Assembly: GCA_043228905.1 (NCBI GenBank)
Contig: JBHGNT010000003.1
Span: forward strand, 24,862,001 to 24,926,000
Length of the DNA: 64,000 nt
Direction: 5' to 3'
Source of the DNA: Azolla caroliniana
Lineage: Eukaryota; Plantae; Polypodiophyta
The translations under genes and the position numbers were made by a program. A model generated the notes under the pieces. It was not told the origin of the DNA. It did no database searches and saw only the letters and a program-made list of their open reading frames with translations. Shown here in pieces: positions 15,301-30,217 of the stretch. Each line of letters begins with the position of its first letter. The stretch's first letter is position 1.

Positions 15301-17664
15301 GTCTCTGACCCTGAAAGGACCTGATGATTGATCGCAGAGCTGGGTGAATATATTATGTACAACTACAAGATCATCCCTATGATATAGCACAAACATTGAA
15401 ACTTAAAAATGAATGTAAGCTCTCACCTTTCCGTCAGGGAGCTCAACATACGCACAGATGTCGCTGAGAGGAACTTGTCCAAACTTCCCAATAAGTCCCT
15501 GACAATGGATTTACACAAACATAATAAGTAAACATGAAGACATATATTTTCATTGCTAGAACGTCTGTAATGAGCCCTACATGATCCCCTAGCAACAGGA
15601 CTTCCTAGGAAAGTAGTCAGAGGAACCATCTGACCAGAGCCACCATGCAGCAGCTTCCCAATACTGTAGCCAATGTCCAAGGACAAGGCATAGCACCTGA
15701 AATTGCCAAGTCACGTGTACAGGATCCCACATATAGCTTCAACCATCTGCCTATCATCATTGAACCTGGTGACTTGTATGGTTTCTAGTTGCCATTGTTT
15801 TGATGATGCTGAGAAAGGAGCTGTGACAGTCGTCAATGTTAACTTTACAGTGAAACCTGAATAGCTGAAGTCATCATTGCCATACTTGTGAGTGTAGCCC
15901 AAATTCACAAGAAAGAAACTTACTCAATTATCACATGAGGGAGAAGATCTGACCCTCATCTATAAGCAGAAGAGAGGATAATGGATATCTAGGGACTGGC
16001 AAAGATCTTGGGACAGCTATAGACTAAGAATGATCCAAAAACAAAAAATGGCTATATCTTCAAAAAAATGCAAGAAACATATACTTTAGAATAACCTGAT
16101 GAATTGTGGGAGGCATAATCTACGAGTCAAAAATTAATGTCGTCCTTGGAGTTGTTCAGAGGTTTGATGGCCTACAGGCTAGAACTTTTGAAGGAGAAAA
16201 TTGTTTATACCTTTGAGATATACTGAATCAAATATATGCTTTAATATATTATTTAGAATGTCTCATCACCTCAAGCTTTGGGCCAGTGAACGTATTTGCC
16301 ATTTTCCAAAATCTTATATGACCAATTCCTGCTGTTAGAAGCTGACCAGGAAAATACCTTGAAAAAGATACCTACATCAAAAAACAGATTCTATGAATTT
16401 TACATAAGAAAAAATAAACTGATTATGTGCCAGCAATTTTCCAATGATATTGTTACTGCATCACTGGTCAGCATCAACTGTAAGGCTTCATGCAGTGATA
16501 TGCTCTTCACATTTTTTATATTCAGTAATTTTTTATTCACATAATGTGCAGCAAAAGATGTGTCTTTCCTCAAAACAGGATGGGTGTTAATTCCTTGGAA
16601 GATTTAAAGTTTCACTAGCATACTTGGAAAATTTCCTGTGAGAATGCCTTTGATTGTAACACAATGGTCTCATTTTTCCAGTCCCACACGGTCAACCAAT
16701 AATCTGGATGACCGCCAACCTGCAGGTTGCACAACATAAACAATAAAATATTATATAGTAAAAACAAACTTGGCAGTAAGAACATTTTATAAATCCCATT
16801 TTACCGTGGCAAGATGAGATCCATCATTATTGAAAGCTGCTGCTGTGTATACTCTCTCGGTTCCTTGTTTAAGTACCTACTCATACATAAGATGATGCCC
16901 TTCACACTTTACGCTTAAAATATATGGTGGGAATGAATGAATATCTAGATGTCACGTAACTTGGACATCATTAACTTCCTTCTTTAAGATGTACATCTAC
17001 CTTTTCGTACTGAATAAGCAACATGCTCAAAACCACTTTTAATCCATCATATGGTCAAATATTTATCGTGCAATTCATATAGAAAATAGAGTAATGCAGT
17101 ATAACTTGTAGATTAACATTTTGTACTCTGAGAGAGAAAGAAGGAAAGTTGTATTCACCTCTACTAGAGGATAAAATGACCCACGAGACCATAGTATACT
17201 TTACAAAATGTTTACAATTGGAACATGAAAATAGTTGCAACAGTAAATCATTTCATAAAAGAACCAGAATGGTAGTAAACCTTGAATATTGTCAAATCGG
17301 GGTAGTTATAGACGTAGACATTTGGACCGTTTCCTTTTTCACAGACAGCAAATAACGTTTTTGATGGATGCACAGCTACACACCCAACACCATTACCACC
17401 GACAGTCTGTAACAATAAAACCAGCAGTTTTAAGTTATTCAGCGTCGCTTAAATCTTTTTGCACACCTTTAATTATTCTGTCACACACACATACACACAT
17501 ATATTAAGAGCTAATGCTTGATCATCATTTATGTCAATGAGGAATAGTTTTACCGGAAGATTGATTTGTGTCATTGTACTGAGATTCAGGAACTGGACAG
17601 AATTTCCACATGTGTGGATTAATATATCAGCTTCAATATATACTAAGTTATTTCTTCGACCTCC
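328..17664 (-). CDS. CFAP44: Cilia- and flagella-associated protein 44 (WDR52/FAP44-like WD40 + coiled-coil axonemal protein), partial multi-exon gene
   Basis: 22 GT-AG exons in one continuous frame (about 953 codons): 17554-17664, 17281-17406, 16805-16876, 16624-16719, 16270-16371, 15427-15498, 15135-15320, 12201-12329, 11862-12002, 11463-11663, 10858-10967, 9280-9386, 9029-9138, 8568-8939, 8393-8487, 6257-6371, 6038-6106, 5858-5951, 4454-4697, 4130-4250, 523-606, 328-429. Peptides [99 protein letters not shown] and [13 protein letters not shown] are collinear with animal CFAP44 as I recall it. The donors at 9029 and 328 are less certain. The 3' end lies beyond the window and the 5' exons are unresolved. 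Confidence 0.93.
933..1565 (+). mobile_element. Two adjacent 3'-terminal fragments (3' UTR/tail) of an RTE-like LINE family
   Basis: 933-1013 and about 1500-1565 match the tail CACTTAAGATGTAATCTCTTGTTTGGTCTTATAGGCCATTTTGGCC...(TTTC)n. 1085-1400 is the reverse complement of the 3' UTR at about 9630-9965. Confidence 0.7.
1570..3850 (-). mobile_element. Degenerate non-LTR retrotransposon (RTE-like): APE endonuclease and reverse transcriptase remnants
   Basis: ORF 2993-3247 has MGDFDARVG and GSVADYII (endonuclease GDFNA and S-x-VDY motifs). About 1790-1900 encodes a frameshifted [25 protein letters not shown] segment. Many stops and frameshifts. Confidence 0.75.
2070..2240. repeat. Short imperfect tandem array (TGATTTTGTGATAATTTGATA units) interrupting the LINE relic
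   Basis: About 5 degenerate copies at roughly 2073, 2108, 2149, 2182 and 2215. Confidence 0.75.
5612..5845 (-). mobile_element. 5'-truncated RTE-like LINE tail with (TTTC)n end
   Basis: 5612-5716 is nearly identical, in reverse, to 22055-22152. 5795-5845 matches the 3' UTR seen at 1340-1400. Confidence 0.75.
6487..8140 (+). mobile_element. L1-like LINE 3' portion (zf-RVT region), interrupted by a MITE-like insertion
   Basis: ORF 6487-7038 has [44 protein letters not shown] (zf-RVT). Downstream are LWNIWKSRC and [15 protein letters not shown]. 3' tail motif AACTAATGGGAAG-T-rich at about 8113. Confidence 0.85.
7106..7524. mobile_element. Non-autonomous AACCG/CGGTT-subrepeat element (MITE-like DNA transposon derivative)
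   Basis: Dense AACCG/GAACC and CGGTT subrepeats around an AT-rich core. Flanked by the direct repeat CTGGAA (7100-7105 and 7525-7530) that splits the L1 coding region. Confidence 0.7.
9472..10570 (-). mobile_element. 5'-truncated RTE-like LINE: RT C-terminus, 3' UTR and tail
   Basis: ORF 10129-10332 has [30 protein letters not shown], the degenerate SSH-L-IE-GR...CxxC...E-E-H C-terminus of RTE-type ORFs. It is followed by the shared 3' UTR and by the tail at 9472-9583. Confidence 0.75.
10660..10750 (-). mobile_element. Isolated RTE-like LINE tail copy
   Basis: Matches the tail consensus seen at 5612-5716 and 22055-22152. Confidence 0.7.
13630..13880. repeat. Tandem duplication of about 125 bp inside the retrocopy
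   Basis: Two near-identical units at about 13630-13753 and 13757-13880, each with a (TG)n core. Confidence 0.85.
13912..14440 (-). pseudogene. Intronless, frameshifted 3' half of a UDP-GlcNAc/nucleotide-sugar transporter (SLC35D-like, Arabidopsis UGNT1/At4g32272 type)
   Basis: Peptides [71 protein letters not shown]-stop (TGA at 13914-13912). No introns; frameshifts and deletions present. Confidence 0.85.
14460..14865 (-). pseudogene. PLS-class pentatricopeptide-repeat gene fragment
   Basis: [71 protein letters not shown] and RACGNL..GQKIH are L/S/P PPR motifs with internal deletions. Confidence 0.85.
15563..16177. mobile_element. Candidate solo LTR or short transposon insertion in a CFAP44 intron
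   Basis: Ends TGTA (15566) and TACA (16176), has an internal TATAA-like motif at about 15961, and is flanked by the 8-bp direct repeat GCTAGAAC (15555-15562 and 16178-16185). Confidence 0.45.
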
Positions 17665-18389
17665 CTGCTCATAAAGGTGTGACTTTCAGTTGGGTAATTT
17701 AAACACCAAAACATGAAAACTGAAACAGGTTATATTTAAGCAAATGTATACAGGAGTGTTACAATCAAGTTCCTTCCTCATCTTATAGATCAATATGCCT
17801 TAATTACATCTGACAGATTAAGGACATGTGATGAAACGACAAACAAAATTATTAAGCCACTGCTGAAAGTACCATTCACCCCCTTAACTGATAATAGAGC
17901 TACATTCAGTTATCAGGAATAGATCTTTAAAACATCAACTGCAATTCATTCTCTCTAGGTTCCATCCAAATGACAAAAAGAAACAAACACAATAACATTC
18001 GGTCCATCTTTTCCAAGAAGATCATAGCAAACAGGAACCTGGTAGAGCCATAAACAATAGTTGGTATGACAAGGAATGTCGTGTACAAACAGATGGTTGC
18101 ATCACAATGTAATTCAGGTGATTCGTGTACACACATAAGCAAGAGTAACCTTCCAATGCCTTGTGAGGAAAAAGAAGAAATTATATTTGGTTAAATTTGA
18201 AGCATACATGTATTTCTTGTTTCTAGGAGAAGAAAATGAAAGAGCATGGAAAATGTTTAATCAGAGGCAACCTACCACACGACAGATCTCATCTCAGGGG
18301 GTTGTGGCTGAACACACAAAGGTACTAAAGGATATCCATGGCAGCCCCCACTCGCCCACACACATAGCTCATGCCCAAGTGAATCCACC

Positions 18390-19800
18390 TTTCTTAGTCG
18401 ACAAAATGTAAAAATTGCTATTAATCAGTTACCTAAGCAAGGATCAAGATCATGATGGATTGGCAGGTGAGCGTTTTATCTATGCCCATCACATCTTGCT
18501 CTCATTGCAAGGACACATCTTCAATAGAGGTATGAGTGAAGGTTTCCTACAGAACATACAATTGCACCAATCTTCAAGAGAGGAAACCCCATGATGCCAA
18601 ACAATTTAAGGACAATCATGATAGGCCATTAGTTGGCAAAATTATATGTCTCAATCATGATTGGTCATTAGTTGGCTAAATTGTATATCTCGATCAATCC
18701 TAGAGTCAGAATTGGGTGTATAGGCTGAGAGAAGTGGCTGCTGTTCAGCTAGACAGGCAGGCATTTGATAACCTAGTGACCATCCACTGCCTTATTGAGG
18801 AGGGCAGAGCCCAGAAAAAGAGGTTTAATTGCTGCTTTGTGGATTCCCTAAAAGCCTTCAAAATTGTATCATGTGCTCAACTTATGCAGTGGTTAGAAGA
18901 CCATGGTGTCCCCCTAGATATCCAATAGGAAATACATGCACTATATGAATCCATGTCAGAAAAGTGTGGGTTGTCAGGGGCTGTGACTAACACAATTGGA
19001 GTAAAATAAGGATCCCACTATCACCCACTCTCTTTAGCCCCTATTAGATGAGGTATCACATTACATAGAGACATTGGATGTTCATGAGCATTCTTCACTA
19101 GTAACACCAAACAAATATTACTATATACTGATGATATTGTGCTGATCTCCAGCTCTCCAACGGTTTTTGTTCTCAAAGACGAGCAACACTTAAGATGTAA
19201 TCTCTTGTTTCTTATCATCCATTTTGGCTCTTACACTACATTAGGTAAAGAAAGAAAGAGGAAAGCTCGTACATTACATGTACGAGTGGTTGGTTGGACT
19301 GAAAAAGGAAGCCCACAAGAAGATGCCAAGAATCTCATAACAAAGATCATGGAATCAGATATTTCATTTGCTTCAACGTGGAGGGTGGGAAGAGATGAGT
19401 CTAGAGCTAAAGCCCTGATCATCCACATCATGGATATGGAAAAGAAAAAAGCTTTCCTATCTAAAAAAAGGGCATTCAATGGTGACAAGATATATTTAGA
19501 TGACGATCTCACTCCAACTCAAGTGGCACATCACAAAGAAAACATGACGTGAATGCTTGACGCAAGAAAGAAGAGAAAATGGGCTGTATATAGATATGAT
19601 AAGGTCATTATTATAGAGAGAGAGCCACATGACGATGTATGGCCTATGAGACCTTACGCATGACGATATGGAATTACAATGACTCTATAAGGGCAGATGT
19701 CAGGTATTTTGAAGATACCTTAAAGAGCACAAATATTGCTATGTATACAAAGACCCATCAATGCATGGCTAGTAAACTCCCCGATGTAAAATTATGGCAG
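18390..19800 (+). mobile_element. Composite RTE-like LINE relics: RT fragment, tail, then ORF1/endonuclease start of another copy
   Basis: CCFVDSLKAFKIVS and LLYTDDIVLIS are RT motifs. A tail copy lies at about 19165-19233. HVRVVGWTEKGSP...IYLDDDLTPTQ is ORF1-like. Confidence 0.7.
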
Positions 19801-19899
19801 AAGAGGTTGGTCTAAAGTGATAAGGTCAAGATATGAGTACAATAACATAATATGGCAAACACTTTCTATCCATGGGAAGTGCATATGGATTTGTGATAT

Positions 19900-20330
19900 A
19901 TAATGGACTGTCACAATGGCTCAGATCAGATGCTTTGACATGTTGGAACCAAAAGGAGATGCAAGCGCAGTCAATTTCCTAATGCCATCTCCATCTCTTA
20001 TACCTAAAATAACAAAGTTCACTATATCTGGTAGACCTATTGGCTTGGCAGCAGATCATGTATATCTATGCTTTGAGGTGTGGACTCTTGGTCCTTTCGG
20101 CGAGCTTCTTCATTCAGCAAGCTCAACTTCACCTCCTCTAGGGATAGATGCTTACCTTCCAGTCCCGCGTTGCCCAATGTGACAACCAGCGTTTCCCAAC
20201 TTTCTAGAAGGGATCCCATCAACAACAGTGCTAATACCTTGTCGGCAAGAGGTACTTCTAGAGAGGTGGTTTGGTTCATCAAACCTTGGAAGGCATTGAT
20301 GCACAAGGGATGTATAGCTAAGAAGGAGAG
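19900..20330 (-). mobile_element. Ty1/Copia gag (UBN2-type) remnant
   Basis: ORF 20037-20306: INAFQGLMNQTTSLEVPLADKVLALLLMGSLLESWETLVVTL..SLLNEEARRK. Confidence 0.8.
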
Positions 20331-20929
20331 TGGTCTGGCTAAGTACCAATTTACTCAAGAGACAATTTACTATAAGATATCCCGGGGCAGCCTCCACTTC
20401 CCCACCCACATGACTGACACCCACATAAAGCCACGTTTTTTACTTCACAAAATGTAAGAAACGTCAGTGATTACATTATGGTGTACATATTAAATGTTGG
20501 GTTCTCAGGAATACCTGTCAGCCACTTGAAAAGAGTTGGGTGCTTCCCTATGGGTGAGGGGCATTCCTAATTTCACTTGAAAAGAGTTTGAAAATGTCTA
20601 AAAATGTTTTTCTACTAAGTTTCTCCATGTCAAGAAACAAACGCCATAGACCCTCCTACTTCTGGAGACAGTATCAGTTCCCATTGAGATCATGGCCATG
20701 GAGAGGGTCATTGAGTAAAGTCCCTCACATCAATTGCATAGAATCACATGGGAAGCGAGTAAAAAGATGCAAAAGACAAATAAAGAAAACATTTGCATTC
20801 CAATTGGATGCAATATATGAAAAAAATGGCTTGGAAGAGAAGATGTAACACGCTTGCTTCATGATGCATCAATAGATTACTCTATGAACGAGGCTTTTTT
20901 GCAATGGCAATATATCATAACATGGAAAA

Positions 20930-21078
20930 ATGTGGAGGCTCATTCTTCACCAATTATACTGCATATGTTGCACCTAATTACAAAACCATATTCTCTACGG
21001 AACAAGGGGAGCAATGTGGAGGCTCAAGCTTCACACATTATACTACATATGTTGCACCTAATTACAAAACCACATTCT
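20930..21078. repeat. Tandem duplication with a period of about 83 bp
   Basis: AATGTGGAGGCTCA...ATATGTTGCACCTAATTACAAAACCA occurs at about 20930 and 21013. Confidence 0.75.
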
Positions 21079-21949
21079 TCGCTAGAAAAGGGAACCACAC
21101 ACATTGATACATGTTAGAGCCCATCCCTTTGTCCAATATCTGAACCTTTGCCTACATACGACTTAGTTCAAACTCGATTTGATGTGAGACTAGATGTTGG
21201 GGCACAAGTGATGAAACTAGTCAACTGCGCACATTTTCCCTAAAAAAGTTTTGGAGTCTAAGTATCCCCCTTTGATACAATGTTCTGCCTTTGATCACAT
21301 TCAACTACGCTTTCCACGCATCTTCAACCCAACCCAATCCTTGCATGAATTTCTCTCATGGTCACAATTTCCACTCTCGATTGGCACATTTGTTAGTAAA
21401 GTTCTTAAACATCAAGCACCATTGCTCGCTTTCCCATATATTACGAGAAAACTATAAAAATTTTGTCGCATTGGTCATATTTGACCTTCACATATGATAA
21501 GAAAATATATGTATCTCCCTTCACCCCATTGCTCTTTTTCTCTTGTTCTATCGTCTAATGAATAATGAACCATTATAGACTTCTTTAGCACCATCATCCT
21601 TTCCTACCGTACTATAAGCCAATCATGAGCTACACAAGTAGGGTCTCGAACCTCCACCACAACATTTAAACGGGGTTGCAACTTAAAATATATCAGTAAT
21701 AGCAGTATCTCATGCATGTGGCCACCGTTCGATTTATTCTTGCTATCAACAAATCAATGCCATCACCACCCAACACCAAACGTGATTTCCTCACTTTAGC
21801 AATCTCTCCTCTTGGATCAGTCTATATTGAAGACCTTTCAATGGTAGATGTTCCAAGTCTATCTATGTTCATAACTTTACATGCTTAGGTAGCAGGAAAA
21901 TCCGGCAGTTTAGGTGGTTTTACTGATCTAGATATGTTTATTTTGATTT

Positions 21950-22152
21950 CTTGTTCTCCAAGATGACAAAACAATTTAACACGTAATCTTTCTTTCCGTC
22001 TCATAGACCATTTGGGGATCTTCAAAGGCCCTCTCTCTCTCTCTCTCTCTCTCTCTCAAAATACGAGACAACACTTAAGATGTAATCTCTTGTTTGGTCT
22101 TATAGGCCATTTTGGCCTCTTAAAAGACATTAATATATCTTTCTTTCTTTCT
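21950..22152 (+). mobile_element. Two RTE-like LINE tail copies separated by a (CT)n tract
   Basis: Diverged copy at about 21950-22030, (CT)n at 22031-22057, near-consensus copy at 22055-22152 ending (TTTC)n. Confidence 0.75.
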
Positions 22153-22269
22153 AAAACTTACCTCAAAACCGAGGCATCTCTTGAACATGGCAGTATCGGG
22201 GGGGAGCGGTTGTGGATCAGTCATCGGTAACCCCATCTTTGCAAAACAAACTCCTGTTGCTTCAAACAG

Positions 22270-22272
<3 letters not shown>

Positions 22273-22315
<43 letters not shown>
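22273..22315. repeat. (TG)n microsatellite
   Basis: About 21 TG units. Confidence 0.95.
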
Positions 22316-22317
<2 letters not shown>

Positions 22318-22465
22318 ACGGTGTTATGTATGTATATATGTGGTATATCAATGTGTGTGTGTGTCTGGTGATGAAGCTAAGAATGATCAGAGATTGATTG
22401 AGGGGTCGAAAGTCGAAAGCCGAAGAAAGCGTGATGACAGTAAATGCATGTGAAGGTCGGGGCAC

Positions 22466-22632
22466 CTGCATTCCTTTCCTTTCCCTTTCCTTTCCCTTTC
22501 CTTTCCTGTGTTTTCATTCCATGTGGTTCTGTTTTCTGTTTTGCATTTCTGGTTTGGAGATGGCTGCCGTTTCCCACTGTCCCCTCCCCCATTCTTATTC
22601 TCTTGTCCTCCGCCTCGGCTCTCCGATCCCAT
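22466..22632 (-). CDS. Candidate first coding exon of the CFAP44-like gene (low-complexity N-terminus MGSESRGGGQENKNGG...)
   Basis: ATG at 22632 in a GC-richer island, open frame up to an AG|GTGCC donor at 22466/22465. I could not link it unambiguously to the exon at 17664. Confidence 0.35.
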
Positions 22633-23239
22633 CGACAATAATAATAATAAACCCGACACCCGAAAAGCAGGACACTCGTCCGGTCTTCGTATCATGTCCG
22701 CCCCCCCCACCCTACGTTTAAAACTCTCTCCTTCTGTCACGAGCAGAATGATGCCATTGCACTCTCCTTATTCGTGAGATGGATCATCACGGAAGGGCAT
22801 CTCTAGTGTGTTGCATAGCAACATTGTCACTGCGTGTATCATTGGAGTGGTACAAGTATGTATTAGTTCCCCTGATATGTTGAACCCGTAGCTCACCCAG
22901 CATTCCTTGGCTAGTATCCCATCAGTCCAAAAAATTAACTTTATGATGAGAGCAGGGGTCTCATCGTCCCCTCGAGAGTGTTGCGACTACGTGGGCTTCA
23001 TTAACATGTCTCCCGCTAGACAAAGATACATTGTTTGTAACAAAAAGAGGCACAACAAATTCTACATCCACAATTTAATGCGCATCGCACTAGCGAGTGC
23101 GCCTTCAAACCAAGGGGTTGCATATCTTAAGGGGTCTCTAGCTCCTACAATCAACATTCATTCATAGATCTCCTTGGGCATTTGTAAAGTTCCTTTGTAA
23201 ACGAGCGGGGTATAATTCCTTGACGTGAACCATGATTTA

Positions 23240-24900
23240 TTTTTATTTATAAAGAAGGATGCACCTTAATATATTACTTGAAAACAATACATAGAGAAAA
23301 CAAAAGGAGACATTTCATCTCACTTCTAATGTGATACAAAGTCTAGTATAAGCATCTAATCAAGTAGATGATGTCATATATGAAACAATAAATATCAGGG
23401 TTTTTTTTTTAGAAAACATATCCTTCCATTAGTTTAAAAAACCATATCAACTACAAAATACAAAATGATGGAAAAGAGATGATTATCCTTCCCCAACCCG
23501 TCTTGTGTAAGACAATAGCTAGCCATGAATCCTTCTTTTGATAGACTTGATTGAACACTTCCTCAATAGTTGAAACATACCATGAATTTGCATATGTTCA
23601 AACGAAATCAATCTTCCTCGTCATGTTCATATTCAACATATCCAGATACTACCTTTGGGTCATCCATCACATGTATCCAATATACCCCCACGTTTACAAT
23701 GACCAAGCATCCTCTTTTTTCCATATTCAACGTAAAACTCAATCAAAGCATTATGGTATAGAGGTCATTTTGCATGCCTCAATCCATGATTCCAGCATGT
23801 ATGAACATACCGTCATGGTTCTAGCATGTATGAACAATAAATATCAATTATGCAGCATAAAAGAAGGTATGGCATAATTCCACTTCATACCAAAAGTTGT
23901 ACTGGAAAATAAGTGAAGTCCTTGCCATCGGTTCTTAAAGGCCACTTGTTGTTGCCACAAAACATCAACCGAACTCTGTAGATCATCACAATGACCAGGT
24001 AGTGTGTTGACAAATAACATCCAAAATTCAATAAGCATAGTGCGGAGATGTATGTGAACATTGTTAAAAACATAATCACATCTCACTTTCCATATTATCC
24101 AAAGAGCCAACAACGTAATAGTATGCCATGATAATCTATTAACTTATGAATAACTCAGTGCTATGGGTTTGAAACCCATCTCATGTTATTTTTGGTATCA
24201 ACAATGCTTTTGTGGGCTCCAATTGGATTTTGTTTCTCTCATTATTTATGCATGTTCCTTGTTTTGCCCCTTGCATGATGAAAATTCAATCTTATTGACA
24301 ATTGTCTACAATTTTCTATGTTCCCTGTTATGGAATAATGCTCACATCCAACTCGTCCATATTCATACATGATGCACTCCTTGTCATCACAATTATTGGT
24401 TGTGTCAATGATGTCCATTTTCCCCACTCATTTATTGGATGTTTGGTTGTTTGATTTCATAATAAAATATGGCATTTGTTGGCATCCATTGATGTACCGT
24501 TACCACTTCTTGATTGGTTACATGTTTCATCTAAAGTCAACTTCTCAGGTTTGTTTGCTATCTTTTGATTGTCACTCTCACTCAAATGTATGTTATGCAA
24601 CACTTATGCTATACACTAAGTAATTCTCACTTCTATGCTCCATATATGTGTTGTTGCCACATTGATCTTGATTCCCCGTTTGAATGTGTTTATTTTATTG
24701 GCTTCATGGAAGTTATTCTTGTTTTATTACTATATTGATTGGTTTTGGATAAAATACCCACATTATATACACGATATTGCTCTTGACAATCTTTCAATAT
24801 GTAATGATTTGTTGGATTCCAAACAAGTCACTCGTGTGCCCAAATATCATTCCAATGCGCAAGTTCATTGACTTCCAAACAAATAACTTTCAAAGCCAAT
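23240..24900 (-). mobile_element. Degenerate L1-like LINE 3' region and 3' UTR pieces
   Basis: ORF 23844-24113 LALWIIWKVRCDYVFN..WNYAIP. Tail motif at 23400-23435. The 3'-UTR block at 23250-23390 is shared with 26165-26300 and 51655-51745. Confidence 0.7.
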
Positions 24901-26149
24901 TGTCCGAAATTCAAGTACCATGTGTCAACAAATTAATATAATGACCATTTTTCTTTTTCGATAATGATGTAAACACAAGAAGTCGTGCAAAGCACAATGT
25001 CATGGACTACCTTTGATTTATGATTAAAAAATAGAATAATAACATCTATGAATATCAACAAGAATTATAAATAGGATTGATGAAACTTGATCTTAAAATA
25101 TTACTTTTACGTTGGTATTAAGTTTTCCTAGGTTTATGTATTTTCAAGATACAATTTTACATAGAATGATCACAAAAACTAAATCTGAAAACTTGAAATC
25201 AAAACATTTAGTATTCCATTGATTGACTATTTTTATAAACAAGCTAGTTTTGTTATAAATTCGTATAATGTGACTTAATACTACTGATGATGATTTGATG
25301 TATTATTTTTTCATATTCATAGTAATAATCTCCTCTTTGTTTTGTATTACTGGATGGGTTAACAATGTTTTATAACTTTCTCATTTAATAGATTATTATC
25401 AATATGTATGTGTTTACGTGCAGCTACAATGTTGCTTCAACAAATGAAGGTTTGATTTGATATCCTTTTCTATTATTTGATGTCGAAGATATTCAAAATA
25501 AGAATATCCTTTCATATTGTTAACATGGAGCAATCATTTCTCTAAAAAATATTTGCAGTTGTGAGTGTGTAGAAGCAATCCTTGTTTTTGTTAACAAAGA
25601 GAAAATAACTTTCGTTAGTTACCTATAACCCTTCTCACGTCGTGACAATGCAATTCATCCTTTTCCAATTGTGCTTGTATGTGTTTAGTGCATCGATATG
25701 TCCAACTAGTACTATTTCTTGAATATCTAAGGTGGAACTTATAACACCTTTCAAATGAAAGACAAAATCGCAATAACCTTGTTGTTCCCTCATCAAGAAC
25801 CGCCCTAATGTATTAACATACTACTTTGAATGGTTTAGCATTCCTTAAACATGTACATGGTCGAGATAAGGAGACATAAGTGTGATGCAAACAACCTACA
25901 TTATTTGTGTTGAAGGAAAAACCATCAATAAACTACAAGCCAAACAACAATCCCAAGCATTTAAGTGGTCAAAACTTTTGTGGTTCTTGACAATAGAATT
26001 ATCAAATTGGGAATATAATCACAACTATGACATGATAATAAGGAATGATTTCTCCTTAGTTATAGATTCTCCTTAGTTACAGATTCGCATGTTTAATTAG
26101 TTATTTAAACAAAATAGCTAAGAATAAATGTTTTTTATTAGCTTTTTTC

Positions 26150-26900
26150 TTTCTTTCTTTTATTAAAGAAAAATACACCTTAGTATATTACTTGAGATAT
26201 GTACATAGAGAAAACAGAAGGAGACATTTCATCTCATGTCTATTGTGATACAAAGGCTAGTACCAACATCTGATCAAACTGATGATATCATATAAGAAAC
26301 AAGTAGAGCAAAAACTACAAGCTATGCCACAAAAAAAAAGGTATGGCATAATTCCACCTCAGACTAGAAGTTGTATTGTGACTTTGTTGGAGATAGCAAT
26401 CTATGTAGACGAGAAAGTGGATGGAAGTGGAACTATCATGCAACTACTTGTAAGCTCATGCTCAAAAATAATAACGGAAGAGTGGGAAAAATATATCAGA
26501 TAATCGAAGGCATAAGTCACATTACCAAAGCTACATTAATATATGTCATTATTGCAACGAAGTGAACTCAAATCTAGGAAGTGATCATTGCCACGATTCA
26601 ACACCATTCATAACTAAGTCATGCAAGCTATTGCTAACAATCATAAAAAAAAATGTTGTTTTTTTGGTCCACAAATCGCATGTCAAATCATTTTCTTACT
26701 ATCAACATTATTCGCGGAGAAAACATTTATCACGAGACATTATCAACCCAAGAATATGTGGTATAAACAATCATGTAACTTGTTTGGTAGAAGCAAAATT
26801 TGTGGCATGTAAAGAAATGCACATGTCAACACGAAGTGTCACAAATGCACCTCACATTGGGCTTTGTGACATACCTTGAGCCTTGGTCTTGATTGATGTG
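26150..26900 (-). mobile_element. Degenerate L1-like LINE 3' end
   Basis: The reverse strand at about 26340-26360 encodes RWNYAIP. 26165-26300 is homologous to 23250-23390. Confidence 0.6.
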
Positions 26901-26962
26901 TACCATATTATTAGCCACAAGAGAATGCCTTACTTGAAGGGTTGACTGATCCAAAGATGGTT

Positions 26963-27198
26963 ATTCGATTGTTTCTAAACCATGTTGATTGCAATCTCAT
27001 ATTCATTTGTTGACTAATGTCGAGCCACATGACACTCCAAGCTTGGTAGACACACGTCTTACTGTCGGACACAATTAAGAAGCATTAATTCGATTGTTTC
27101 TAAGCCATGTTGTTTACCATCTCATTAATGTCGAGCCACATGACACTCCGAGCTTGGTAGACACATGCCTTGCGTGTCGGACACAATTAAGGAGCATT
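26963..27198. repeat. Tandem duplication of about 110-125 bp upstream of the RlmH-like gene
   Basis: ATTCGATTGTTTCTAA...TAATGTCGAGCCACATGACACTCC..GCTTGGTAGACACA...TGTCGGACACAATTAAG is present twice. Confidence 0.8.
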
Positions 27199-27450
27199 TG
27201 AAACCCCCCAAGCATCAAAATTGAGTTGGAGAAATCAGGAGGAGGTTTTATGTCTGCCTGGCACACAAACTTTGGTATTTTACGTGGACAATGCAAAGTT
27301 AAATTTTTACGATGGACAATGTCTTTGGGCATGACGTTAAGTTGGTCGGTGTGTTTTCGATTGGCCCGGACAACAATCGATCCCCAACTCTCTCCGTCTT
27401 TTCTTTTTTTGCATTTGTTTGGGATTTGATCTCACACAAATGTGAATCCA

Positions 27451-30217
<2,767 letters not shown>

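Noticed and set aside
20523-20588. 15-bp direct repeat CACTTGAAAAGAGTT around 36 bp
   Set aside because: Real but tiny. It is likely a repair filler or an extremely truncated insertion, with no function supportable.
17700-21950. Possible extra 5' CFAP44 exons (for example VPVCYDLLGKDGPNVI near 18000-18040)
   Set aside because: I could not build a unique frame-consistent splice path or recognise homology.
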